Source: an uncultured cyanobacterium
GTDB lineage: Bacteria; Cyanobacteriota; Cyanobacteriia; Cyanobacteriales; Nostocaceae
Assembly: GCA_963706595.1 (NCBI GenBank)
Contig: OY970166.1
Location: 192,001-256,000, forward strand
Direction: 5' to 3'
DNA: 64,000 bases
Shown: positions 43,302 to 53,401 of the stretch, piece after piece
Numbering within the stretch: the first letter of the stretch is position 1
How the letters are laid out: every line of letters begins with the position of its first letter
Made by a program: the position numbers and the translations under genes
Notes under the pieces: generated by a model
Database searches by the model: none
What the model was told of the DNA's origin: nothing
What the model saw: only the letters and a program-made list of their open reading frames with translations

Positions 43302-43418
43302 CTACTCTGAATCCCGGCGGCCGGGGTTACGAGCTGGATCGTTGGACAAAAATCCGAAGACGAAAATAGCCACGAAGAAGGCAACAACAATATAAACAGC
43401 GATTTTTAAAGTCACCAT
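43302..43418 (-). CDS. psbI: Photosystem II reaction centre protein I (not in ORF track)
   Basis: [38 protein letters not shown], 38 aa, GGAG RBS. Confidence 0.97.
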   Translation of the reverse strand: MVTLKIAVYIVVAFFVAIFVFGFLSNDPARNPGRRDSE

Positions 43419-43727
43419 ACAAATATCTCCAAAGGGTGTGAGAAAAAAGTTTCTCTCTCAGTATCTGCTATACAGAAAGGATAACTACCTTATATTACCG
43501 AAATCTCGTCCCTTTTTAAGATGAGTCTGGTGAATCGAGACAAAACCCCTCAGATGTTTTGCGCTCGTTACTCTAGAGACGTTTACTCACAGAGGAAGTT
43601 TCCAGTTGTTAGACATCGCTATTTTTCCTTTCTACAGTCTGCCATCTCTGATCGCTAAACTGCAACCCCAAGCCTAGTACAGCACGGCGAAAATAGGTAT
43701 TCAAAAACTTTTTTGCTACCAACCATA

Positions 43728-44420
43728 CTATGAAGATGCTACTAAATCCTTGCTGGTTCGGCTTTTAATTACTCGTGCAGGCGCACCTACGGCCACAGAA
43801 TAGGGGGGAATATCTTTATTTACAACTGCACCTGAGCCAATAACACTACCTTTACCGATAGTAACGCCATCTAACACCGTTACTCCATGCCCTAGCCAAC
43901 AGTCATCTTCAATCACGATTCCCTTACGAGTTATCCCTTGGTGTTTTATGAGTTTAGTTGGGTCGGCAAATTTGTGGCTATTGGCATATATTCCCGAATG
44001 GGATGCAATCAGGCAATTCTTACCAATTTTGATGTTTCCAGGTCCAGCAATACAGACATCAGGAGCGATAAAAGTTTCATCATCAATGGATATGCAAGTA
44101 TTATCCAAACAGCCAATATCAACGTAACGCTCAAGCGCCACTCCATTTCCTAAATAAATTTTATTATTTGGGTGTCCTTTGGCATCCATGCGTACACCTT
44201 TAAAAATATATACCCCATTCCCCATTTCAATGGCAGCAGTACCCAAAAATTCCACGCCGTTTTGAATATAAACTGATTTACCCAGTCGAGCAAAGATTCT
44301 CCGATATACGAGATTTCGCAATTTGGGACCAAGAACAATTGTGGGAATATCTCCTAACAAAGTAATGATTAATAATTCTTGTAATCGCTGAAACTTTGAG
44401 GCGTATCGCTTGTCATTCAT
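43728..44420 (-). CDS. Hexapeptide-repeat (LbH) acyltransferase
   Basis: IEDDCWLG..VLDGVTIGKGSVIGSGAVV..GAPAR; ATG at 44420 (ORF extends to 44501). Confidence 0.88.
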   Translation of the reverse strand: MNDKRYASKFQRLQELLIITLLGDIPTIVLGPKLRNLVYRRIFARLGKSVYIQNGVEFLGTAAIEMGNGVYIFKGVRMDAKGHPNNKIYLGNGVALERYVDIGCLDNTCISIDDETFIAPDVCIAGPGNIKIGKNCLIASHSGIYANSHKFADPTKLIKHQGITRKGIVIEDDCWLGHGVTVLDGVTIGKGSVIGSGAVVNKDIPPYSVAVGAPARVIKSRTSKDLVASS

Positions 44421-45907
44421 GATTAAATATCTCGGATATTGAGTGTTCTTGAAACTATTTAAGGCTGATAGAGAATTTATCTTGTCTTTTGGTAGCGGCA
44501 CTTATACTGATATTTTTAAAGTCATCAAATTGAATGGATTTGCGGGGATAAAAGATATTTTCCCAATGATTAGTTAGTTTCCTACGCAAATAGAAAACTA
44601 ATTTCTGAGCTTGACTGATTTAAGAATGACCCATTTCAATTAATGTAGAGATATTAATGGAGATGGGTAACAGTTGAGCGATTTTTCTACATATCAATTC
44701 CAGTGGCTCATTCAAAATATGTGGTAGTTTTTTGGATCAGTTCCAGCAAAAATGATGCTATTTACTAGACTGATTTATGTAGGACATACTCAGTGAGTTA
44801 CCGCGCCAAACATCAGAATATTAAATTGGATAATTAGGTGTTGCAAAATGTCCCAACTTTACTTTTTTGGCGAATTTGAATAGATCTACTACTATTGTGT
44901 AGTTTTTCGCCTTCAAGTGGCTTTCTGTCAACGACCGAATTCAACAAGCTTTTTTCAATACAATTACATTTTTACTAGTTGATGGGATTATCTCAAATTT
45001 TGCAGATAATTTTTCCCACACATTCAAATATAATTAGCATTGAATTATTATTAGTGTTGGTATGCAAGCAAGTCAAACTTAGGGTGGAGTGTCACCAACT
45101 TCACTCATCACATTAAAATTCACCATTGGTGCAAACAAATAAGCGCTTCCACGATTGCGATGACGGCTTTCTTGCAACGAATTTTTAGAGTATGCTGCGC
45201 TAATCATGTTGCACACCGATGAGTTACAGTCGAACAAAATCACATTTCTAATTACACAAATATTTTTTGTGATAGCTGCTTTTAACATTAGCACATTTTT
45301 TGAACTTAAAACACTTTTGATCAATAAGTTTGTTGCAATTTGGCTAATCCAGATTTATTGAAAAGAAAGATAACATTATTAATTGCGTAATCATCACAAA
45401 TGAATATTTTTATACTTAGACAAAAAATACATTTTTTGAAGTTAATTTGTTGCATATAACGAGATTTACTATATATATTACATCAGCCCTGGTCAGGCAT
45501 CAAAGAAAATAATACCTTTAATACAAGGGCAAAGAGTTATAACTAAAGTTAGCTATTTTACCCTATTAATAACGGATATATAGGACTACTATTTGATTAT
45601 TGAACAAACACGTAGGGTTTACCTCAAGTCATGGAAAGTTAAGTGAACAAGCAGAAACAATATTAGATTTCATGCTCTAGATATATATTTCTGGATACTA
45701 TGCCAATTAAGATGAAATGTTGAGGATGTTATTTGCCGGAAGTCTTGGTCGTAGTTCAGATGATATCTGTGTTCCGTTTGCCAAACTCATCCTTAAGCAG
45801 CTACTGAATAATCTAAATTTTTCAAATCCGAACTTACATACTTGCTTTAATTTATGGTTTTCATTAACCAAAATATCCAACAAGCTTTAAGAAGCTATTG
45901 TTTGGAA

Positions 45908-46018
45908 CTAGTACAAGTTGGCGTAAATAAACAGACCATTCAAAATCTATGAAAAGCCCATTTTATAAGCTTTTTGACTTTTGACTTTTGACTTTTGACT
46001 TCCGCCTTGCGGTACTAG
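45908..46018. mobile_element. MITE-like element with internal (ttttgac)n
   Basis: Ends ctagtacaagttggcg / cgccttgcggtactag; solitary related end at about 43674. Confidence 0.65.
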
Positions 46019-46574
46019 CCCATTCAGGGACTTCTGAAGTAAAAAAAATCTCTAATAATTTTAGGCAATAAAGATCAGGAGAAAGAAGTTGTCTGGGAGA
46101 ATTGATCAAAAGTATATCTCCAAATACTCCTGAATATAGATATGATTGATACTTATTTATCTAAATTTTATTCCTTCAGCGATCGCCTTTAACAAACTCA
46201 CTACTTTGTTCATGCTTTTGAGTTGAGAGATGAGAAGCGGATAAATACAGTGATAATTCAACTACTGAGGCAAAAATTGTAGCAGAAACCACAAAGAAGT
46301 TGAAGGTAATTAAAAAAAAATTAAAAATTACCAGCAGTCGTACCTGACATAGAATAATTAATTTTTAATATACTAAGTACATAGTTAAGGGTAATCCATA
46401 GACTTAAAAATGCCCTTAGTGTAAACTTTATCAGCGATGTCAAGAATAACTCTCAATGCTGAACAAAGTCATCCCCATTTTACAGACACAGTAAAAAGAA
46501 TTGGCCACATTGGGTAGAGACAGTAATACATACGTAAACAATAGCCAAAATATAACTTGGAGTTTTACCGACCT

Positions 46575-49139
46575 ATGCAGCCAATTCGCACATTTAACGT
46601 TTCCCCTTCCTTACCGTCACGACTAGAACCCCTGCGACAACTAGCATATAACTTGCACTGGGATTGGAACGTTGAGAGTAAAGATTTATTTCGGCGTTTA
46701 GACACCGATTTGTGGGAATCTAGCCGCCACAACCCCGTGTTAATGCTGGGTACAATCAGTCAAGCACGCTTGTTGGAAGTTGTGGAAGATGAAGGCTTTC
46801 TAGCACAAATGGATCGGGCGGCGCGCCAGTTAGAAGACTATTTACAAGAGCGTACTTGGTATCAGAAACAACGCAGTCAAAAGCCCAAAGAATGCTACGC
46901 CTATTTTTCGGCTGAATTCGGACTTGTAGATTGTTTACCAGTTTATTCTGGTGGTTTGGGTGTTTTAGCGGGGGATCACCTGAAATCGGCTAGCGACTTG
47001 GGTTTACCTCTGGTGGGTGTGGGCTTATTGTATCAGCAAGGGTACTTTGCTCAATACCTGAATGCAGATGGCTGGCAGCAAGAACGCTACCCCATGAACG
47101 ATTTCTATAATATGCCGTTGCACCTAGAGCGTCATCCTGATGGTTCAGAATTAAGGATTGCGGTAGATTACCCAGGACGCAAGGTTTATGCCAGAGTATG
47201 GCGCGTACAGGTGGGAATGGTACCACTTTATATGCTGGATACCAACATTGAACCCAATAACCCTTACGACCACGACATCACAGATCAGCTGTATGGTGGC
47301 GACATCGATATGCGGATTCACCAGGAAATTATGCTGGGGATCGGTGGTGTGCAGATGTTGAAAGCATTGGGTTATGATGTGACTGCCTACCACATGAATG
47401 AAGGTCATGCTGCATTCTCAGCCTTAGAACGTATCCGCATCCTGATTCAGGAAGCAGGATTGAGCTATGACCAAGCTAGACAGGTAGTAGCTTCTAGTAA
47501 TATCTTTACCACTCACACCCCAGTTCCGGCGGGAATTGACTTGTTCTCTCCCGATAAGATGGTGTATTACCTGGGGTACTATGCCGAAATCTTTGGTTTG
47601 CCGAAAGAGCAATTTTTAGGACTGGGGCGAGAAAATACAGGTGATTTATCTGCACCTTTTAGTATGGCGGTGTTGGCTTTGAAGATGGCGACATTTTCAA
47701 ACGGCGTGGCTCAGTTACACGGTGTGGTATCACGGGAAATGTTTCAGGGCTTGTGGCAAAAAGTACCAGTGGAAGAAGTACCAATTGCCGCCATTACCAA
47801 CGGTGTTCATGCTCGGAGTTGTGTGGCTAAATCAACTCAAGAGTTGTACGATCGCTACTTAGGTCCAAATTGGTCATCAGCCGCACCAGAGAGCATATTG
47901 TGGGATCGCATTGATACGATCCCCGATGAGGAATTGTGGCGCAATCACGAACGCTGTCGCTTAGACATGGTTGTATATGTCAGAGAACACTTGGTGAAGC
48001 ATTTGCGCGATCGCGGTGCTTCAGCGTCGGAAATAGACCAAGCCCAAGAAGTCCTCGATCCCAACGTTCTAACCATTGGCTTTGCGCGACGTTTTGCTAC
48101 CTACAAACGCGCCACCCTCTGGATGCGTGATTTGGACAGGATCAAGCAAATTTTACTGAATAACAAACATCGCAAAGTGCAATTTGTGATCGCTGGTAAA
48201 GCTCACCCCAAGGATATCCCAGGGAAAGAACTGATCCGCGATATCAATCACTTTATCCATGAACAAAACTTGGAAAAACAAGTTGTGTTTGTGCCTAATT
48301 ACGATATTCACATTGCTCGGTTAATGGTAGCTGGTTGTGATGTCTGGTTAAACACACCCCGTCGTCCACGGGAAGCTTCCGGGACTAGCGGGATGAAAGC
48401 CGCTATGAATGGATTGCTGAATTTAAGTGTTCTTGATGGCTGGTGGGATGAAGCTGATTATGTCCGCACTGGTTGGTCAATTGGACATGGTGAGGATTAC
48501 GATGATCCTAATTACCAGGATGAGGTAGAAGCCAATGCTCTCTATGAATTGTTAGAGAAGGAAGTTGTGCCTCTATTCTATGAACATCAGGATGCTGATG
48601 GCTTACCCAGGGGTTGGATTGCGAAAATGAAGGATGCAATTCGCTTGAATTGTCCTTTCTTTAATACAGCCCGGATGGTGGGAGAATATGCTCAACGGGC
48701 TTATTTTCCGGCAAGCGATCGCTTTACAATTCTAACTGCGGATAATTACGCCCCAGCGAAGGAATTAGCTAGTTGGAAATCTAAACTCGGCGAACACTGG
48801 TTTAACATCAAAATCAAAGATATTGATGTATCAGCAGATACAGATATCGAAGTGAATCAAACCGTTGCTGTCAAAGCCAAGGTTGATTTAGCAACTTTGA
48901 CTAATGATGATGTCCGGGTGGAATTATACCAAGGTACAATTGATGCCAATGGTGACATTGCCAATGCTGTGCCTGTAGTCATGGACTACCAAGGACAAGA
49001 TGCACAAAACTTGAGTGTTTACACGAGTAATATTACCTATACTAACTCTGGTTTACAAGGCTTGTCTTTGCGTGTTTTACCTCACCATCCACATTTGTCA
49101 AGTCCCTATGAGCCAAGATTGATTGCTTGGGCTGAATAA
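46575..49139 (+). CDS. glgP: Alpha-glucan (glycogen) phosphorylase
   Basis: YSGGLGVLAGD, HMNEGH, FARRFATYKR, EASGTSGMKA (PLP Lys). Confidence 0.96.
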   Translation: MQPIRTFNVSPSLPSRLEPLRQLAYNLHWDWNVESKDLFRRLDTDLWESSRHNPVLMLGTISQARLLEVVEDEGFLAQMDRAARQLEDYLQERTWYQKQRSQKPKECYAYFSAEFGLVDCLPVYSGGLGVLAGDHLKSASDLGLPLVGVGLLYQQGYFAQYLNADGWQQERYPMNDFYNMPLHLERHPDGSELRIAVDYPGRKVYARVWRVQVGMVPLYMLDTNIEPNNPYDHDITDQLYGGDIDMRIHQEIMLGIGGVQMLKALGYDVTAYHMNEGHAAFSALERIRILIQEAGLSYDQARQVVASSNIFTTHTPVPAGIDLFSPDKMVYYLGYYAEIFGLPKEQFLGLGRENTGDLSAPFSMAVLALKMATFSNGVAQLHGVVSREMFQGLWQKVPVEEVPIAAITNGVHARSCVAKSTQELYDRYLGPNWSSAAPESILWDRIDTIPDEELWRNHERCRLDMVVYVREHLVKHLRDRGASASEIDQAQEVLDPNVLTIGFARRFATYKRATLWMRDLDRIKQILLNNKHRKVQFVIAGKAHPKDIPGKELIRDINHFIHEQNLEKQVVFVPNYDIHIARLMVAGCDVWLNTPRRPREASGTSGMKAAMNGLLNLSVLDGWWDEADYVRTGWSIGHGEDYDDPNYQDEVEANALYELLEKEVVPLFYEHQDADGLPRGWIAKMKDAIRLNCPFFNTARMVGEYAQRAYFPASDRFTILTADNYAPAKELASWKSKLGEHWFNIKIKDIDVSADTDIEVNQTVAVKAKVDLATLTNDDVRVELYQGTIDANGDIANAVPVVMDYQGQDAQNLSVYTSNITYTNSGLQGLSLRVLPHHPHLSSPYEPRLIAWAE

Positions 49140-49179
49140 GCGAAGAAGCAGGGGAACAGGGGGGAAGCAATTTCCCCTC

Positions 49180-49944
49180 CTATTCCCCACTCCCCACTCC
49201 CCACTCCCCACTCCCCATTTTTCCTGGAATGACGATGTAGCCTGTGGTGCGATCGCCTAGCACTAAGTTACGTTGTTCTCCCCAATACCACCAATGGGCT
49301 GCTACATACGCACAAATTAAGCTGTCTAGTTTGTCTTCGGCTGCTTTGAGGGCTGCGCCTGTGGTCGGAATTTCGGAGAACGAACCGCAGAGGCGCAGAG
49401 TACACAGAGAAGGAGTTAGGGTGGGGAGAATATCGAGAATATAATTTTGCAGTTTAATTAGTTCTAAGCGACGCTCATTGATGCGTCCTTTTTTATATTT
49501 GAGGATGCGTTCTAAGTTGAATAAGTTAATTGTTGCTGGATGGGGAAAAACTTCTATTTGATATCTGCCCAATTTTTGGGGATCAATTGTGGGAGCATGA
49601 ACAAATCCACGGTATTCTAGTTCTAAGCCAAAGTTGACTGTGCGTTCGGCAAAGGGTAAATTTTGATTGGCTGGGTAGCATCCGGCGTGATATTTTCCAA
49701 AGTATTTGTGTGTGAGTTTATCGGGTAGACGACTCCCTATAGCGTTGGGGATCAAGGTGGGCGCGTCTACGGCAATCATCGCTGGTTCTTTTGGTTCTAC
49801 AGTTTTATCTATCCAGGTGAGGATATCTGCAATAAATTCTAGCCGATCTATATCTAGGATTTGTAGCTTTCCTTCTATTAATTCTAAGCAGCATAAGCCG
49901 CTTGGTTGGGATTTCCAACCTAAATCAATGCCAATAAATTTCAT
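49180..49944 (-). CDS. DUF429 family protein (predicted RNase H-like fold)
   Basis: MKFIGIDLGW, VDAP, IEVFPH, D.LDSLICA; C-terminus encoded by a ggggagt STRR. Confidence 0.8.
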   Translation of the reverse strand: MKFIGIDLGWKSQPSGLCCLELIEGKLQILDIDRLEFIADILTWIDKTVEPKEPAMIAVDAPTLIPNAIGSRLPDKLTHKYFGKYHAGCYPANQNLPFAERTVNFGLELEYRGFVHAPTIDPQKLGRYQIEVFPHPATINLFNLERILKYKKGRINERRLELIKLQNYILDILPTLTPSLCTLRLCGSFSEIPTTGAALKAAEDKLDSLICAYVAAHWWYWGEQRNLVLGDRTTGYIVIPGKMGSGEWGVGSGE

Positions 49945-50018
49945 TACTTTTAAGGTTAGAAGAATTAGGAGATCAACGCAAAGGTACGCGGAGGTTAACG
50001 CAAAGGTACGCAAAGGTT

Positions 50019-51590
50019 TTATATCGTAAATGGTGGAATTTCAGGGGTGTGCCATTGTTCGCCGACGCGATCGGCTACTAAGGGTGTGACAATGAATTTG
50101 GGGGGATTACCGTCTTTAACGTCAATTCTTACACAAGAGTAAGGTAGATGCTTGTGGGGTTTTTTGCCGTTGCGACCAAAAAATAGTAGGGAATCGGCAA
50201 CTTTGCGCTGGGGATTTCCAGGAAGTTCTGTAAAGGTTTCTATCAATTCATTGCCTTCTCGACGTTGCCGCCGGGGATAATGACCACTACCACCGGAGAT
50301 GATACAGTTAATATGAGAATCGGCGTATCCTGTGTTACCTGTGCGAATATGTTCTAAGCAATGGGCGTGTCCGTTGAAGATTAAATCGACTATGGAACGG
50401 TCTTTGATTTGGGAACCCAGGGTTTTAGCTACTTGTTCAAATACAAAGCGGAGGCGATGACGCACGGCTAAGGTTTGGGCTTGATTCCATTTTGTGGCTT
50501 CTGTAACGTAGGGTGGATGGTGAAAGAAGATAATTCTTCCCCGCACTTCTGAGGTGTGCCAAGATTCTATGAGTCGGTTTTTTAACCAATTCAGTTGTTC
50601 AAAATCTATAATGTCTGTGGCGTTGGATGCTAGTTGTTTTTCAATGTCGATTTTAATTTCGTTGATTTGCTCTAATTTGGCATTGAGATAATCAAGTTGT
50701 TCCGCTTCGTTGGGTTTTTCGGGGTTGAGTTGGTCGCAGGTTGTTAAAATTTGTTCTTCTTCTCTGTCTATGACTTGGCGACGCTGCTGCAATTCCCGAC
50801 GGTTCATTTCCCCTTCTAGATTGTCTGGTAAGGGGGATGGTGTATTAAAGGTGTTGGAATCTAAGGCGAAAAAGTCGATACCGCCATAACGAAAGGTGTA
50901 ATAGCGGTTGGGTAAACGGGTGAATTTTCCGGGTTGATAACGCATACACCGCCCCGCGTCAATTATAGCAGTGTAATGTTGATCTAAATGATGTTGTAAT
51001 TTTTTTGGGGAGGCGATCGCTCCTATATAGTCAAGAAATGCTCTGGCATAAGCATCACCTTTATTTGATCCATGCCAACCAATTTCCAGGTCTTTGTACC
51101 GCAGGAAACGACGTAACGGCCGGGTGCTTCCTGTAAATAAACGATACATCAATGGCACGTCATAATAATCGTGATTACCGGGTACTGCTAAAAATGGCAG
51201 ATTGAATAACATCCGGTCATAAGCAATATTTTCGGGTTGGTCTCCGCCTACGAGAAATTCCCGATAAGGTTGAATAAAGTTTTTACCATAATACTCGTGG
51301 GAACCCACTGCATAAATTACATCGCCTGTATGTAAGACAAAACGACAATCGTCTTTATGGGGAAGCATTAATTCTGCTACTTTCCGTTGGGGATGGTATC
51401 CGTAAAGAGATGTTGTACCAGTGTCACCAATTACCATAAAGGAAAATTCCGGATTGTCTTCTTTACCATCATCAATTACCATGCTGGTTTGGTCGATTCC
51501 CTGAGAAACTATCTGGGGATGAAGCCACCGCACTCTTTGCTTCATTTTGTGGATTTTCTCGGAAATAGATGGTTCCGTAATTAATTTCAT
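50019..51590 (-). CDS. Calcineurin-like metallophosphoesterase
   Basis: GDTG, GDVIY, PGNHD, HHPPY, GHAH. Confidence 0.88.
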   Translation of the reverse strand: MKLITEPSISEKIHKMKQRVRWLHPQIVSQGIDQTSMVIDDGKEDNPEFSFMVIGDTGTTSLYGYHPQRKVAELMLPHKDDCRFVLHTGDVIYAVGSHEYYGKNFIQPYREFLVGGDQPENIAYDRMLFNLPFLAVPGNHDYYDVPLMYRLFTGSTRPLRRFLRYKDLEIGWHGSNKGDAYARAFLDYIGAIASPKKLQHHLDQHYTAIIDAGRCMRYQPGKFTRLPNRYYTFRYGGIDFFALDSNTFNTPSPLPDNLEGEMNRRELQQRRQVIDREEEQILTTCDQLNPEKPNEAEQLDYLNAKLEQINEIKIDIEKQLASNATDIIDFEQLNWLKNRLIESWHTSEVRGRIIFFHHPPYVTEATKWNQAQTLAVRHRLRFVFEQVAKTLGSQIKDRSIVDLIFNGHAHCLEHIRTGNTGYADSHINCIISGGSGHYPRRQRREGNELIETFTELPGNPQRKVADSLLFFGRNGKKPHKHLPYSCVRIDVKDGNPPKFIVTPLVADRVGEQWHTPEIPPFTI

Positions 51591-51712
51591 CTGTAATTTT
51601 CCTGAACTTTAAGTTTTTTTAATGACAGCAATCTTTGACTTAGCGGATAACTTGCGCGGTTTTGGCAGTTTGCGTAACAATAAGAGTTAGGATGCCTTAA
51701 TTTATCTTAACA

Positions 51713-52972
51713 ATGGCGCTCACACAGCTACATCAAAATTTTTCCCTTGCACAAACACCGCCAGATCATCGGGGATATGATTATGATTTGGTCATTGTCG
51801 GCGGTGGAATTATTGGTTTAACTTTGGCTTCGGCTTTGAAGGATTCTGGTTTAAGTGTTCTACTAATTGAGGCTAGAGTCGCTTCAGCCGCAGTTGCTAA
51901 GGGACAAGCCTATGCAGTTCATATGCTTTCGGCTCTCATTTACCAGGGAATTGGTATTTGGGATGAAATATCGCCTCAAATTGCTAAATATTGCCAAGTT
52001 CGTCTTTCGGATGCCGATTATCCTGATGTCGTGGAATTCGCTACAGACGATATAGGTACGTCAGAGTTGGGTTATGTGGCGGAACATCAAGCGCTGTTAC
52101 AGCCTTTGCAGGAGTTTGTGCAAAATTGTCCGAATGTGACTTATCTCTGCCCGGCTGAGGTGGTAAAAACAGAATATCAGCAGGATAGTGTAACTATAGA
52201 TATTAAAATTGCTGACCAAATTCAGACAGTTCGCAGTAAATTAGTTGTTGCTGCTGATGGTTCAAAATCGCGCATTCGTGAAGCTGCGGGAATTAAAACC
52301 AATGGCTGGAAATATTGGCAATCTTGTATTGTAGCATTTGTTAAGCCAGAAAAACCACACAATAATACTGCTTACGAAAGATTTTGGACAAGCGGACCCT
52401 TTGCGATTTTACCTCTACCGGGGAACCGTTGCCGCATCGTTTGGACAGCCCCTCACGCAGAAGCCAAGGCTTTGTGCGCCTTAGATGACGAGCAGTTTTT
52501 GGCAGAACTCAGCCGCCGCTATGGTAATCAGATGGGTAAGTTGGAATTATTAGGCGATCGCTTTATTTTTCCAGTCCAACTCATGCAAAGCGATCGCTAT
52601 GTACTCCCTAGATTAGCCTTAATTGGTGACGCGGCACACAATTGTCATCCCGTCGGCGGACAAGGTTTAAATTTGGGGATTCGAGATGCTGCTGCTTTAG
52701 CGCAAGTTATCCAAACAGCCTTCGCCGCAGGTGAAGATATTGGGAATGTCAAAATCCTCAAACGCTATGAACGCTGGCGCAAGGTAGAAAATCTGACAAT
52801 TTTAGGTTTCACCGATTTGTTAGATCGGATGTTTTCTAATAACTTTTTACCACTGGTGTTAGTTCGTCGCCTCGGTTTGGGGATGATGCGGCGCATACCT
52901 GTGTTAAAAGTGTTTGCGCTGAAATTGATGATTGGTTTGAAAGGACGTACCCCAGAATTAGCCAGAAGGTAA
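51713..52972 (+). CDS. UbiH/COQ6-family FAD-dependent hydroxylase
   Basis: GGGIIG, AADG, GDAAH..HPVGGQGLNLG. Confidence 0.9.
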   Translation: MALTQLHQNFSLAQTPPDHRGYDYDLVIVGGGIIGLTLASALKDSGLSVLLIEARVASAAVAKGQAYAVHMLSALIYQGIGIWDEISPQIAKYCQVRLSDADYPDVVEFATDDIGTSELGYVAEHQALLQPLQEFVQNCPNVTYLCPAEVVKTEYQQDSVTIDIKIADQIQTVRSKLVVAADGSKSRIREAAGIKTNGWKYWQSCIVAFVKPEKPHNNTAYERFWTSGPFAILPLPGNRCRIVWTAPHAEAKALCALDDEQFLAELSRRYGNQMGKLELLGDRFIFPVQLMQSDRYVLPRLALIGDAAHNCHPVGGQGLNLGIRDAAALAQVIQTAFAAGEDIGNVKILKRYERWRKVENLTILGFTDLLDRMFSNNFLPLVLVRRLGLGMMRRIPVLKVFALKLMIGLKGRTPELARR

Positions 52973-53401
52973 GAGGCAGGGGGGGAATAAGAGAAGAGGC
53001 AGGGGGGCAGGGTGCAGGGGGCAGGGGAGAATAAATTGGAATGATGGGAAAATTCTGCTTCCTTTGTGGTTGGTTCCTGATGATATATGAAGACGCGATG
53101 AATCGCGTCTCTACAAGAGTGGAAAATTCTGGAAATTATATTCTTGCCAGCAAATTGGTAAAATATTTAATTCACTTGTACTGGGTGCAATGTATGCGAC
53201 CTTCAGCTAAAATAGCTAAAAACTTTCATATTCTATACTAAAGATAGATGTCACAGGGTCTAGGGTGTGCAGTAGAATTCATTACTGGCGACAGTTTTTA
53301 TTCTCTAAGCAATTAAAAATCAAAATAGAAAAAGTGATTACACCTACCGCCAGGAATGCTAGAGTTTCAAGAAATTTATCGGAACTTCTCAGCGAATATT
53401 C

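Noticed and set aside
43190..43395. 66-aa and 60-aa ORFs in the track
   Set aside because: Alternative frames over the real psbI gene (43302-43418)
45079..45324. 81-aa minus-strand ORF
   Set aside because: No recognisable motif or RBS; cannot be supported
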